A stretch of DNA of 64,000 bases from an uncultured Chloroflexia bacterium. GTDB taxonomy: Bacteria > Chloroflexota > Limnocylindria > Limnocylindrales > CSP1-4. Below the pieces are notes generated by a model. It had not been told where the DNA came from. It saw only the letters and a list, made by a program, of their open reading frames with translations, and made no database searches. Below are positions 27,891 through 38,094 of the stretch, one piece after another (within the stretch, counting starts at the first letter, position 1; each line of letters opens with the position of its first letter). Position numbers and translations under genes: made by a program. Location of the stretch: contig CAVVYR010000008.1 of NCBI GenBank assembly GCA_963752475.1, positions 1 to 64,000 of the forward strand, read 5' to 3'.

Positions 27891-30725
27891 ATGCGATTGA
27901 TCGAACCCGACTTCGGAACGCCCGCACCCAGCACGGAGCGCACCGCCTGGCTGCGGCTGGAGATCGACGGCGTGCCTGTCACGGTACCGTCCGGCACGTC
28001 CATCCTGCGTGCGGCCATCGAGGCCGGCATCCAGATCCCGCGCCTCTGCGCGACCGACAGCCTCAAGGCCTACGGCTCGTGCCGCCTGTGCATGGTCGAG
28101 ATCGAAGGCCGCCCCGGCTTCAAGTCCTCATGCACGGAGCCCGTGCGCCAAGGCATGGTCGTGCGGACCCAGACGCCTGAGATCGCCAAGCTGCGCAAGG
28201 GCGTCATGGAGTTGTATATCTCCGATCACCCGCTCGATTGCCTGACCTGCTCGGCCAACGGCGACTGCGAGCTGCAGGACATGGCCGGCGCCGTGGGCTT
28301 GCGCGAGGTCCGATACGAACAGCCATCGCAGCATCTCGATGCGCCGATGGACACCTCCAATCCGTACTTCGCCTTCGATCCGTCCAAGTGCATCGTCTGC
28401 TCACGCTGCGTGCGCGCCTGCAACGAGGTCCAGGGCACCTTCGCACTGACCGTGCTCGGGCGTGGCTTCGACGCCAAGATCGCGACCGGCGCCGACGACT
28501 TCATGGCCTCGGACTGCGTCAGCTGCGGCGCTTGCGTGGCAGCCTGCCCCACGGCCACGCTGATGGAGAAGTCGGTCATCGACCACGGCGTACCCGATCG
28601 CACGGTCGTCACCACCTGCGCCTACTGCGGCGTCGGCTGTTCGCTCAAGGCAGAGCTCAAGGGCGACCAGGTCGTGCGCATGGTCCCGTACAAGGACGGC
28701 AAGGCCAACCACGGCCACGCCTGCGTCAAGGGTCGCTTCGCGTGGGGCTACGCCAACCACCAGGACCGCATCACCAGGCCGATGGTCCGCGACTCGATCG
28801 ACGAGCCCTGGCGTGAGGTCTCATGGGATGAGGCCATCGAGTTCGCCGCCGGTCGATTCAAGGCCATCGAGGCCGAGCACGGCAAGTTCGCCCTCGGCGG
28901 CATCACCTCGTCGCGCTGCACCAACGAGGAGGTGTGGCTGGTGATGAAGCTCATCCGCGCGGCCTTCGGCAACAACAACGTCGACACCTGCGCGCGTGTG
29001 TGCCACTCCCCTACCGGCTACGGCCTGAAGCAGACGTACGGCACCTCGGCCGGCACGCAGCACTTCGACTCGGTCGCCGGGGCCGATGTGATCATGGTCA
29101 TCGGCGCCAACCCCACCGACGCCCACCCCGTCTTCGCCTCACAGATGAAGAAGCGGCTGCGCGAGGGCGCCAAGCTCATCGTGGTCGACCCGCGCAAGAC
29201 GGACCTCGTGCGCTCCCCGCATACCGAGGCGGACGTGCACCTGCCGCTGCGACCGGGCACCAACGTGGTGCTGATGAACGCCATCGCCCACGTCATCGTC
29301 ACCGAGGGCCTGCTCGACGACGACTTCATCGAGTCGCGCTGCGACATCGTCTCGTTCCGTGAGTGGACCGAGTTCGCCTCCCGCGAAGAGCACGCTCCGG
29401 AGGTCGTGGCCGACGAGATCGGCGTCGATGCCGACACCATCCGCAGCGCCGCCCGTCTGTACGCCACCGGCGGCAACGCGGCCATCTACTACGGCCTCGG
29501 CGTGACCGAGCACAGCCAGGGTTCGACCATGGTCATGGCCATGGCCAACATCGCCATGGCCACCGGCAACATCGGCCGCTTCGGCGTCGGCGTGAACCCG
29601 CTGCGCGGCCAGAACAACGTGCAGGGCTCGTGCGACATGGGCTCGTTCCCGCACGAGCTGCCGGGCTACCGCTCGGTGACTGACGACGCCGTGCGCGCCA
29701 CCTTCGACGAGGCTTGGGGCGTGACGCTCCACGATGAGCCGGGCTGGCGCATCCCCAACATGCTCGACCGCGCGGTCGGAGGCGAGTTCAAGGGCATCTA
29801 CATCCAGGGCGAGGACATCGCCCAGTCGGACCCCAACACCAAGCACGTGGAAGCGGCGCTCGCGAACATGGAGTGCGTCGTCGTACAGGACCTCTTCCTC
29901 AACGAGACGGCCAAGTTCGCCCACGTATTCCTGCCGGGCACGAGCTTCCTCGAGAAGGACGGCACCTTCATCAACGCCGAGCGACGCATCAATCGCGTGC
30001 GGCCGGTGAGCAAGCCGCTGACAGGCATGCCCGAGTGGCAGGTCACGCAGGCCCTGGCCAACGCCCTCGGCTATCCCATGGACTACGCGGGCGAGTCCCA
30101 GATCATGGACGAGATCGCGGCCCTGACACCGACCTTCGCGGGCGTCTCCTTCGACTACCTCGACGAGCACGGCAGCGTGCAGTGGCCATGCAACGACGAC
30201 GCGCCCGAAGGCACGCCGATCATGCACATCGACGAGTTCGTGCGCGGCAAGGGCCAGTTCATCCTGACCGACTACCAGCCCACCGAGGAACGGGCCAACC
30301 GCAAGTTCCCGCTGCTGCTGACGACCGGCCGCATCCTGAGCCAGTACAACGTCGGCGCCCAGACGCGCCGCACCGACAACATCGAGTGGCTCAGACAGGA
30401 CGTGCTGCAGATCCACGCGTCCGACGCCGAGCTGCGCGGGGTCCGCGACGGCGACCTCGTGGCCGTCCAGAGCCGCATCGGCGAGATCACGCTGCCGGCG
30501 GAGATCTCCGAGCGAGTGGCGCCGGGCGTGGTCTACACCACGTTCCACCATCCCGACACCGGCACCAACGTGATCACGACCGAGCTCTCGGACTGGGCCA
30601 CGAACTGTCCCGAATACAAGGTGACCGCGGTCGAGGTCCGACCGGCCAACCACCGGTCCGAGTGGCAAGAGGGGTTCCACGAGCGCGCGGCACGACAGTC
30701 GCGTCTGCTGCCCGTCTTGTCCTGA
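27891..30725 (+). CDS. fdsA: Formate dehydrogenase alpha subunit (Mo-bisPGD, Cys-containing)
   Basis: N-terminal 2Fe-2S/4Fe-4S motifs, CAYCGVGC, CARVCH active site, LRGQNNVQG and PEYK. Confidence 0.95.
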   Translation: MRLIEPDFGTPAPSTERTAWLRLEIDGVPVTVPSGTSILRAAIEAGIQIPRLCATDSLKAYGSCRLCMVEIEGRPGFKSSCTEPVRQGMVVRTQTPEIAKLRKGVMELYISDHPLDCLTCSANGDCELQDMAGAVGLREVRYEQPSQHLDAPMDTSNPYFAFDPSKCIVCSRCVRACNEVQGTFALTVLGRGFDAKIATGADDFMASDCVSCGACVAACPTATLMEKSVIDHGVPDRTVVTTCAYCGVGCSLKAELKGDQVVRMVPYKDGKANHGHACVKGRFAWGYANHQDRITRPMVRDSIDEPWREVSWDEAIEFAAGRFKAIEAEHGKFALGGITSSRCTNEEVWLVMKLIRAAFGNNNVDTCARVCHSPTGYGLKQTYGTSAGTQHFDSVAGADVIMVIGANPTDAHPVFASQMKKRLREGAKLIVVDPRKTDLVRSPHTEADVHLPLRPGTNVVLMNAIAHVIVTEGLLDDDFIESRCDIVSFREWTEFASREEHAPEVVADEIGVDADTIRSAARLYATGGNAAIYYGLGVTEHSQGSTMVMAMANIAMATGNIGRFGVGVNPLRGQNNVQGSCDMGSFPHELPGYRSVTDDAVRATFDEAWGVTLHDEPGWRIPNMLDRAVGGEFKGIYIQGEDIAQSDPNTKHVEAALANMECVVVQDLFLNETAKFAHVFLPGTSFLEKDGTFINAERRINRVRPVSKPLTGMPEWQVTQALANALGYPMDYAGESQIMDEIAALTPTFAGVSFDYLDEHGSVQWPCNDDAPEGTPIMHIDEFVRGKGQFILTDYQPTEERANRKFPLLLTTGRILSQYNVGAQTRRTDNIEWLRQDVLQIHASDAELRGVRDGDLVAVQSRIGEITLPAEISERVAPGVVYTTFHHPDTGTNVITTELSDWATNCPEYKVTAVEVRPANHRSEWQEGFHERAARQSRLLPVLS

Positions 30726-30727
30726 CC

Positions 30728-31579
30728 GTGAGGCTGGTCCGTCCCGTCGCGGACGGCCCCGACGGGATCGCTGCCGTCGAGGTCGATGTCGTGACCTCCG
30801 CCCAGACCGCCCGTCGGACGGATGTGGTCACGGTCGAGGAACCGCTGCAGATCCGGCTGCGGCACGGCGCACCCGATGCACGCACGGAGACGGACGTCGC
30901 GGTCACCATGCGCACCCCCGGCGAAGATACGGCTCTGGCCTTGGGATTCCTGCACACCGAGGGCATCCTCGATTCGATGGCCCAGGTGGCTTCGCTCGAG
31001 GAAGCGGAGAACGTGGTCACGGTCGCCCTCGAGCCGACGGTCCACTTCGAGCCCGAGGCGCTCAGGCGCAACACCTACGCGACCTCGAGCTGCGGCATCT
31101 GCGGCAAGGCCTCGATCGAGGCGGTCCACGTGCGTATCCCCGACCGGGCCGGCGATGACCAATTCGCCGTCGCCGGCTCCACGCTCGACGGCCTGCCCGC
31201 CGCGCTCCATGCCCGTCAGGAGGCGTTCGAGCAGACCGGTGGCATCCATGCCACGGCCTCGTTCCACGCGGATGGACGCATCGACCGGGTGGCCGAGGAC
31301 GTCGGCCGGCACAACGCCCTCGACAAGCTCATCGGTGGCTACTTCGCCGATGATGTGCTGCCGCTGACCGGGTTCGGCCTGCTCTTCAGCGGACGTGCCT
31401 CGTTCGAGCTGGTGCAGAAGGCCGCCGTCGCCGGCTGTCCGTTCGTCGCCGCCATCGGCCCACCCTCGAGCCTCGCGGTCGAGCTGGCCGCCGAGCAGCG
31501 GATGACCCTCGTGGGCTTCCTGCGGGACGGCCGCTTCAACGTCTACACGCTGCCCCATCGCGTCGGACCCGGAGGCTGA
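30728..31579 (+). CDS. fdhD: Formate dehydrogenase accessory sulfurtransferase
   Basis: EEPL, TMRTPG, SSCGICG, TGGIHA and EDVGRHNALDK motifs; GTG start 30728. Confidence 0.92.
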   Translation: MRLVRPVADGPDGIAAVEVDVVTSAQTARRTDVVTVEEPLQIRLRHGAPDARTETDVAVTMRTPGEDTALALGFLHTEGILDSMAQVASLEEAENVVTVALEPTVHFEPEALRRNTYATSSCGICGKASIEAVHVRIPDRAGDDQFAVAGSTLDGLPAALHARQEAFEQTGGIHATASFHADGRIDRVAEDVGRHNALDKLIGGYFADDVLPLTGFGLLFSGRASFELVQKAAVAGCPFVAAIGPPSSLAVELAAEQRMTLVGFLRDGRFNVYTLPHRVGPGG

Positions 31580-31581
31580 GC

Positions 31582-32169
31582 ATGCGGCTCGAGGATGTCA
31601 CCGCCATCGTCCTCTGCGGCGGAGCCGGTTCCCGACTGGGCGCACCCGACAAGACGCTGGTTCCGGTCCGCGGGCGTCCGCTCGTGAGCTACACCCTCGA
31701 TGCCCTGGCCCCGCAGGTCGGCCAGGTGATGCTCAGCTGTGGTCGCGACCCCGAGCCATACGCCGAGCTCGGCTACGCCGTCATCGCCGATACCAAGCCT
31801 GGCGAGGGACCCTTGGGCGGCATCGCCAGCGTCCTGCCGGCCGTGGAGAGCGACTGGATCCTGGTACACCCGGGTGACACGCCCTTCCCCGACCACGGCC
31901 TCGTCGCCCGCCTGGGGCCCACGGCCGACTCGCGCGGCGTAGCTGTGCCCCGTACCGGCGAGCAGCGCCAGCACCTGGTGCTACTCCTCTCGCGGGCCAT
32001 GGCCGACGAGCTGGCGGCGCACTACGAGTCCGGCGGCCGAGCGATGCGTACCTGGCTGGACGAGTACGAGGTGGAGGCTGTCGACATGAGCGACGTCGCC
32101 GACTCATTCTTCAACGTCAACACGCCAGCCGATCTGGCCGAGGCCGAGGAGCGCATCGCGAAGCGATGA
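31582..32169 (+). CDS. mobA: Molybdenum cofactor guanylyltransferase
   Basis: VLCGGAGSRLG..DK, GPLGGI, DTPF and FFNVNTP motifs. Confidence 0.9.
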   Translation: MRLEDVTAIVLCGGAGSRLGAPDKTLVPVRGRPLVSYTLDALAPQVGQVMLSCGRDPEPYAELGYAVIADTKPGEGPLGGIASVLPAVESDWILVHPGDTPFPDHGLVARLGPTADSRGVAVPRTGEQRQHLVLLLSRAMADELAAHYESGGRAMRTWLDEYEVEAVDMSDVADSFFNVNTPADLAEAEERIAKR

Positions 32170-32234
32170 CGTCCGGCACTTGGATCGGACCGTGCCGGCG
32201 GCTAGCCTCGAGACTCGGCAAGGGGGTGCTCTCG

Positions 32235-34081
32235 ATGCGCACGATGCATGATCACGCCACCCGGTCGGCCTTGGCCGCCGTGGTGCTCACGCTGGCGGTC
32301 ACGACCACGACCGCGGCGAATCAGACGGAGGAGCCGTTCCCACCAGCCACGCCGGAGAGCGTCGGGCTGTCGGGCGAGGCCCTTGGGGCGCTGGCCGACG
32401 AGGTCGAAAGCTATGTCGATCGGGACATGGTCGTGGGCGCGGAACTACTGGTGATCAAGGATCGCCAGACGGTGCTGCACGAAGCCTTCGGCTGGCGGGA
32501 CCGAGAGGCCGAGGTGCCGATGGAGCGTGACACGCTCTTCAACATCCGCTCCATGACCAAGCCGATCACCGGCGCCGCAGCGCAGACGCTCATCGACGAT
32601 GGACTCCTCGCGCTGGACGATCGCGTCGCCGACTACTTGCGCGGCTTCGACAACGAGGCCTCCGGGGAGATCACCGTGGAGCAGCTGCTCACGCACACGA
32701 GCGGCCTGCCACTCACGACAGTGCAGTCGACCGACCAGTACGACAGCCTCGGCGCCATGGCCGATGCCACCGGCGAGGGCGGACCCGAGTTCGAGCCCGG
32801 CAGCAAGTTCTGGTACAGCGACGCCGGCACCGACGTGCTCGGCGCGGTGGTCGAGGTGGCCTCGGGCATGCCCCTCGCCGACTACGTGGGTGAACGCTTG
32901 CTGGACCCACTCGGGATGCACGAGAGCTACTACCCGGGCGACCCTGACGACCCGCGGCTCGACCGTACGGCCAGCCTGTACGCCGGCCGGGTCGGCGAGT
33001 GGACACGGTTCTGGGGTCCGGAGGCGGAACCGTTCTACCCCTATGCCTGGGGCTCGCAGAGCCTCTACGCCACACCGCGGGACTATGCCCGCTTCCTGGC
33101 CATGTGGCTCGATGAGGGCCAGGCGGGCGGACTGGAGGTGCTCTCGCCGGAGGCGGTGGTACGAACGCTGACGCCGGTGACCGCCATGGGCTCGCTGGGC
33201 TCGGACGCAGCCCTATCCCACGCAGTTCCCGGACCTGCAGGTCTACCACGGGCAGATGGCACTGATGCACGTCGACGGTGAGCCGGTCGACGGTGAGCCG
33301 CCGGAGGGTGCTGCGCCCGAGATCGTCGGCTACAGCGGCTCGGACGGCACCATCGCCTGGGCCTGGCCCGAGCGCGACCTGATGATCCTCTACTTCACCC
33401 AGTCCCGCGGAGGTTCGAGCCCCATCCGGCTGGAGGCCGAGATCCAACGCCTCCTGCTCGAACCGTCGAGCGGGCCCGTGGCCGAGATACCGGTCGGCTA
33501 CGGCGAACTCCTGGGCATCTACACCGCGAACTTCGGGCCCTTCCGCGACGAGCCCTTCGAGATCCTCTGGCGCGACGATGAGCTGGCCTTGGACATCCCC
33601 AGCCAGTTCATCTTCCCGCTCGACCGCATCGGCGATGACGAACGCTGGGCCCTGCGTGGCGCGCCGGGCGCGGAGCTGGACTTCGCCCGCGACGAAGCGG
33701 GCGCGATCAGCGGGCTGCGGATCCATCCAGGCCGGCAGCATCTTCGACGTGCCCAAGGGCGTTCCTGAGCCAGAACCGGAGGTTGCGCTCCAGCTCGAGG
33801 ACGTCGAGCCGTACCTCGGCTGGTTCCGCGAGGAGGACAGCGGTCGCGAGGTCGAGGTGCTGTTGCATGAGGGCCGCCTGGCGGTGCGCATCCCGGAGAC
33901 GCCCGAGCCGCTGGACCTCTTCCCGCCTGACGACGAGGGCATCTGGCGCCTGCGCATGAGCCAGGCCGTGGGCTTCGAGTTCATCGAAGAGGGTGGAGAG
34001 GTCCTGTCCTACGTGGCCCGAGGGCCCGGGGGTGAGTCCACCTTCCACCGCTTCGACCCGGCCGAAACAAGCGAGGGTTGA
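32235..34081 (+). CDS. Secreted serine hydrolase (beta-lactamase/PBP fold) with C-terminal accessory domains; frameshifts near 33215 and 33725
   Basis: Signal peptide, RSMTK (SxxK), LLTHTSGL, PG..FWYSD and PLGM; the homology continues through ORFs 33256-33768 and 33578-34081. Confidence 0.8.
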
Positions 34082-34170
34082 TGGGCGACGGCTTCGTCCA
34101 GTGGAGGCCGCTCGACCCGTAGGCCCGGTCACGGCCGCGATTCGGCCGCTCGCGGTACGCTGCGCGTCCG

Positions 34171-35286
34171 ATGATCGAGACCCCAGGCTTCGATCCGTAC
34201 GAGGTCCTCGACGTAGGCCCCGACGCGGACGAGATCGTCATCCAGCTCGCGTACAAGGCGCGCATCCGTGAAGCGCACCCTGACATCGCCGGTGAGGCCG
34301 GGCTGGAGCGCACCAAGCAGCTCAACATCGCGCGCGACTGGCTGCTCGATGCCGAGCGCCGGGCGATGCTGCACGTCCCGCGCCCAACGACGCCCAGCAC
34401 CCCGGAGCCGGAACCCGTGCGGCGACGGGGGCCGCGCGTGCCGCGAGTCGATCTCAACGATCTCGGGCACCACACCGGCGAGATCCACGCCTTCCTGCAT
34501 TCGATCGCCGCCCTCACCCCGGACGAGCGTGCGCGCGTCAACTACAGCCTCGGCGACTCGCCTCCACCAGACCTCGAGCCCTATCGCGAGTACCTCGGCC
34601 CGGGTCTGTGGGCCCGATCACAGGCATTGCGCGACGAGGTCGAACGGGTGTGGGAGCGCGTGGTCGATGAGCCGGCGCCGAACCTGCCGCGGCTCGGCCG
34701 GCTGCTGCCGACGGGTTTGCTGGTGGCCAACAGCTACGCGCAGTGGATCCTGCTCGAGGACTTCTTCCGTGATGCGCTGGCGGGGCTGATGGTGCGTGGC
34801 GTTCGGGTGGCCGACACGCTGGCGGTCCGCTGCACCACTCCGTGGGTCGGCTCGGTGGGACACCCCCGATACGGCCCGCGCCAGAGCGAGGTCATGGATT
34901 TCTTCCTCGCCGCCGGCGACCTTGACACTGCCGCCGCTGAGCGCTTGGCGCACTCGTGGCGCGAGCACCTGGGCCGCGACGGCCGCGGGCACCCATCGGA
35001 GCACATCGGTCCCGGGGCCTGGCTGCCATCGCCACCGAACGTGCCCGACGTCTACAAGATCAGCGGCTACCTCGCGGCCGTGGATGCCTCGCGCATCTCG
35101 CCACCGCCCAGGCTCGACGAGTGGCTGCGCCCGGCATTCCACTACGGTCTTCGTCTCACCGCCTATGTGTCAGCGACCGGGCTCCTGGGGGAACCCGGTC
35201 GCGACTACGTACAGCCATGGCGAGATGCGGTCATGCCCAGCTCGGACCCCTCGGGTCGGCCGGTTCCCGGACGTCTCGCCGGGTAG
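34171..35286 (+). CDS. J-domain (DnaJ class III) protein with an unknown C-terminal region
   Basis: DPYEVL...AYKARIREAHPD...QLNIARDWL.D..RR; intact HPD. Confidence 0.82.
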   Translation: MIETPGFDPYEVLDVGPDADEIVIQLAYKARIREAHPDIAGEAGLERTKQLNIARDWLLDAERRAMLHVPRPTTPSTPEPEPVRRRGPRVPRVDLNDLGHHTGEIHAFLHSIAALTPDERARVNYSLGDSPPPDLEPYREYLGPGLWARSQALRDEVERVWERVVDEPAPNLPRLGRLLPTGLLVANSYAQWILLEDFFRDALAGLMVRGVRVADTLAVRCTTPWVGSVGHPRYGPRQSEVMDFFLAAGDLDTAAAERLAHSWREHLGRDGRGHPSEHIGPGAWLPSPPNVPDVYKISGYLAAVDASRISPPPRLDEWLRPAFHYGLRLTAYVSATGLLGEPGRDYVQPWRDAVMPSSDPSGRPVPGRLAG

Positions 35287-35292
35287 GTTCGG

Positions 35293-35862
35293 CTAGGCGA
35301 CAGCTGCCATCTCAGCCGGCCGGTCGGCGGTCACAGCCACCTCGTCGGCGGCGACGTCGATAGCCAGCTTCACGTCCTTGCTCACGAGCCAGCCACCGCT
35401 CTCGAGCGCCATGTTCCAGGTCAGGTCCCAGGCCTCACGGTCGATCGAGGCGCTCAGCTCGAATCCCGCACGACGGCCGCCCTCCATGCCAGGCACGGTG
35501 CCGTAGTAGCGGCCCTCGAACGTGACCGGCTTGGTGATGTCGCGAATGGTGACATCAGCATGCACCTTCCAGCCGTCGCCTTCGGGCTCGATGCCGGTGA
35601 GTCTGGCCACGATCTGGGGGTACTTCTCGGCCGCGAAGAAGTCGGGCGACTTGAGGTGCTGATCGCGCTGTTCGGAGCCGGTCGAGACGCTGGCCGTACC
35701 CAAGCGGATCTCGCCGCTGGCGGTAGCGGGATCGTTGGCGTCGAGGTCGAGCTCCAGCTCACCGCTGACGTCGTCGAAGGCGCCACGGACGGTCGAGATC
35801 ATCATGTGCTTGACCGCGAAGGTCACGTCGGTGTGGGATGGATCGATCTTCCAGGTGCTCAT
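35293..35862 (-). CDS. yceI: YceI family lipid/polyisoprenoid-binding protein
   Basis: WKIDPSHT...F.VKHMMISTVRG, RDQHLKSPDFF and TIRDITKPV motifs. Confidence 0.92.
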   Translation of the reverse strand: MSTWKIDPSHTDVTFAVKHMMISTVRGAFDDVSGELELDLDANDPATASGEIRLGTASVSTGSEQRDQHLKSPDFFAAEKYPQIVARLTGIEPEGDGWKVHADVTIRDITKPVTFEGRYYGTVPGMEGGRRAGFELSASIDREAWDLTWNMALESGGWLVSKDVKLAIDVAADEVAVTADRPAEMAAVA

Positions 35863-35911
35863 CAGGGGCTCCTCTCTTCTCTTCTGGCGGTCCCGGTCTC
35901 GTTCCCGCTTA

Positions 35912-35974
35912 TAGTTGCGTGGTCAACCAAGTGGTTGCATGAGCAACCATATCAGATGATTGACGGGGCAACAA
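35912..35974. promoter_or_regulatory. Three putative MarR operators (consensus GTTG-N6-CAAC)
   Basis: TAGTTGCGTGGTCAACCA (35912-35929), TGGTTGCATGAGCAACCA (35932-35949) and TGATTGACGGGGCAACAA (35957-35974) lie between the divergent yceI and marR genes. Confidence 0.7.
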
Positions 35975-36003
35975 CCCCTGAGGATTTCGCTATCCTGTGG
36001 GAC

Positions 36004-36516
36004 ATGGCCGAGATCGACTCCACTACCACTGCCACCGCCACCGCCAGTGCCGAGCGCTCGCGGGGCGATGTCTCACCGCGGGACCCACGCCTCGCGGGCT
36101 GGCGCAGCTTCCTGACCGCCTACAGCGTCATCACCCGCCAGCTCGACGACGAGCTGCGCGACGAGACCGGCCTCTCGCTCTTCGAGTACTCCGCGCTGCT
36201 GCACCTCGCCGAGGCCGACGACCGGCGGCTGCGGATGAGCGACCTCGCCCAGGGCATCGTCCTCACGCGCAGTGGCGTGACACGGCTAGTCGACCGACTG
36301 GTGCGGGACGGACTGGTCGAGCGCGGCCGGTGCGCAGATGACGGCCGTGGTTCGGAGGCCCGCCTCACCGAAACGGGCCTGGAGCGACTGCGTGAGGCCA
36401 GCAAGGTCCACCTCCGTGGCATCGACGACTACTACTTCGCAGCGGTCTCGGCAGAGGACCAGGCGGTCGTGGAGCGTGCGATGGAGAGCGTGATCGAAGG
36501 CCTGCGCAAGCCCTAG
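36004..36516 (+). CDS. MarR family transcriptional regulator
   Basis: LRMSDLA...LTRSGVTRLVDRL...GLVER..C..DGRG...LT winged-HTH pattern. Confidence 0.9.
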   Translation: MAEIDSTTTATATASAERSRGDVSPRDPRLAGWRSFLTAYSVITRQLDDELRDETGLSLFEYSALLHLAEADDRRLRMSDLAQGIVLTRSGVTRLVDRLVRDGLVERGRCADDGRGSEARLTETGLERLREASKVHLRGIDDYYFAAVSAEDQAVVERAMESVIEGLRKP

Positions 36517-37106
36517 TCCAGGCGCAACCCCATGGTCACGCCGCCGATCCCGTCCTCGAGGAGGGCGAAGCCCAGGTGACGGTAGAACCCGATGGCGTTG
36601 CCGTTGCGCTTGTCCACGCCCATGTGGACGCCGCACACACGACGGTCCCGTAGCTCAGCGAACAGCCGCTCGAGGAGCGTCCGCCCCAGGCCCGATCCGC
36701 GAGTGCGTTCGAGCAGGTTGATGTGGAAGTGCGCCGGGTAGGCAGCCACGATCTCCGCCGACGCCCGGTCAGGCTCGTGGATGAGGCGGACGATGCGCCC
36801 CGCTGGCGTGTCGTCGTCGGTCCTGGGATAGCGCTGGCGCAACGGCGGCCACCAGCGCTCCTCGGCCCAGGCCGAGAAGGCTGACGTGTCGTCGGTCGAG
36901 ACGACGCACCCGGCGATGCCCCGCTCGTCCACGACCACGAGCTGGGTGCCGGTGCCCCGCGCGAGGTACGGTCCGGCATAGACGTGTCCTGGCAGGTCCG
37001 GGTCCGGGTAGAGCGCGGTGGCGTCGGCCCCAGCGTCGCCGGTCAGGATGAAGACGCGGTAGATGCCGGCCATGTCGGCGAGGCCGGCAGGCTCGACGCG
37101 GAACAC
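36513..37106 (-). CDS. GNAT family N-acetyltransferase
   Basis: YPAHFHINLL..RGSGLG, GVHMGV..RN.NAIGFY..LGF. Confidence 0.85.
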   Translation of the reverse strand: MFRVEPAGLADMAGIYRVFILTGDAGADATALYPDPDLPGHVYAGPYLARGTGTQLVVVDERGIAGCVVSTDDTSAFSAWAEERWWPPLRQRYPRTDDDTPAGRIVRLIHEPDRASAEIVAAYPAHFHINLLERTRGSGLGRTLLERLFAELRDRRVCGVHMGVDKRNGNAIGFYRHLGFALLEDGIGGVTMGLRLD

Positions 37107-37107
37107 C

Positions 37108-37290
37108 TCAGGACATCTCCAGGAACATGTACAGGCCCGCGATCGCGACGACCACGACGACGAGGGCCACGGCCAGCCAGACGGGCGCTCCGAACTGGAT
37201 CGCCAGCCAGCCCACACCGATGGCCAGGATGACGATCACGATGGCCGTGATGATGAGGATCGAAAGCGCTCGCTTCTGGTCGGACGTCAT
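37108..37290 (-). CDS. Small two-TM membrane protein
   Basis: MTSDQKRALS followed by two hydrophobic helices; abuts the GNAT gene start. Confidence 0.65.
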   Translation of the reverse strand: MTSDQKRALSILIITAIVIVILAIGVGWLAIQFGAPVWLAVALVVVVVAIAGLYMFLEMS

Positions 37291-37350
37291 GGGACGTCGG
37301 GGCACGATGCACCTCCTTCTGCCCTGAGGGTACCGATAGACTCGGGAGCC

Positions 37351-38094
37351 GTGGGCTTCGAACGCGAGACAGACCTGTACGCGCCGGTCAAGGCATTCCT
37401 CGAGCAGCAGGGCTACGAGGTCAAGTCAGAGGTCATCGGCTGCGATCTTGTTGCCCGCCGCGGGGACGAACCGCCCGTGGTGGTCGAGCTCAAGATGAGC
37501 TTCACTCTCCCGCTCGTGCTCCAGGGCGTCGACCGGCTCTCGCTCTCGGACGATGTCTACCTGGCGGTGGGCGTGCCGGCCAAGCCTGCGGCCGGTTCGA
37601 TCTGGCGCCGCGAGCGTCGGACCATCCTCAAGCTATGCCGTCGCTTGGGGCTGGGTCTGCTGGCCGTGCACGAGCCGACCGCGCGCAGGCCGGCACTGGT
37701 GGAGCCGATGCTCGACCCCGTGCCCTACAAGCCGCGACCGGACCGGCGGCGGCAGGGGCTGCTGCTCAAGGAGTTCGCTCACCGCGTTGGTGACCCCAAC
37801 ACCGGCGGCACGACCAAGCGGCCCATCGTCACGGCCTACCGCCAGGATGCCCTCCGCTGCGCGACGGTGCTCGATGCGCAGGGCCCGACCAAGGCATCCC
37901 AGGTAGCAACGGCAGCCGGCGTGCCCCAGGCTGCGGGCTTGATGTATCGGGACGTCTACGGCTGGTTCCAACGGATCGATCGCGGCGTCTACGAGCTCTC
38001 GCCCAAGGGCCTGGTAGCACTCGAGACCTATGCCGACGTGGTCGAGGCCCTGGGATCGGACGCACCCGATGAAGGCACCCATCCCGGCGCTTGA
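37351..38094 (+). CDS. DUF2161 family putative PD-(D/E)XK phosphodiesterase
   Basis: ETDLYAPVKAFLEQQGYEVKSEV..CD, VELK, GDPN.GG, TAYRQDAL and YGWF.R..RGVY motifs. Confidence 0.85.
   Translation: MGFERETDLYAPVKAFLEQQGYEVKSEVIGCDLVARRGDEPPVVVELKMSFTLPLVLQGVDRLSLSDDVYLAVGVPAKPAAGSIWRRERRTILKLCRRLGLGLLAVHEPTARRPALVEPMLDPVPYKPRPDRRRQGLLLKEFAHRVGDPNTGGTTKRPIVTAYRQDALRCATVLDAQGPTKASQVATAAGVPQAAGLMYRDVYGWFQRIDRGVYELSPKGLVALETYADVVEALGSDAPDEGTHPGA

Noticed and set aside
27891-30725. Selenocysteine in the formate dehydrogenase
   Set aside because: The active site reads CARVCH with an ordinary Cys codon, and there is no in-frame TGA.
29873-30727. 285-aa N-terminal extension of FdhD (similar extensions on the MarR, DUF47, histidine kinase and ABC ATPase ORFs)
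   Set aside because: The extensions overlap neighbouring real genes and are low-complexity; homology begins at the downstream starts I annotated.
37351-38094. DUF2161 nuclease-like gene as an anti-phage or restriction system
   Set aside because: It is a solitary gene with no methylase, ATPase or other defence partners and no obvious compositional anomaly.
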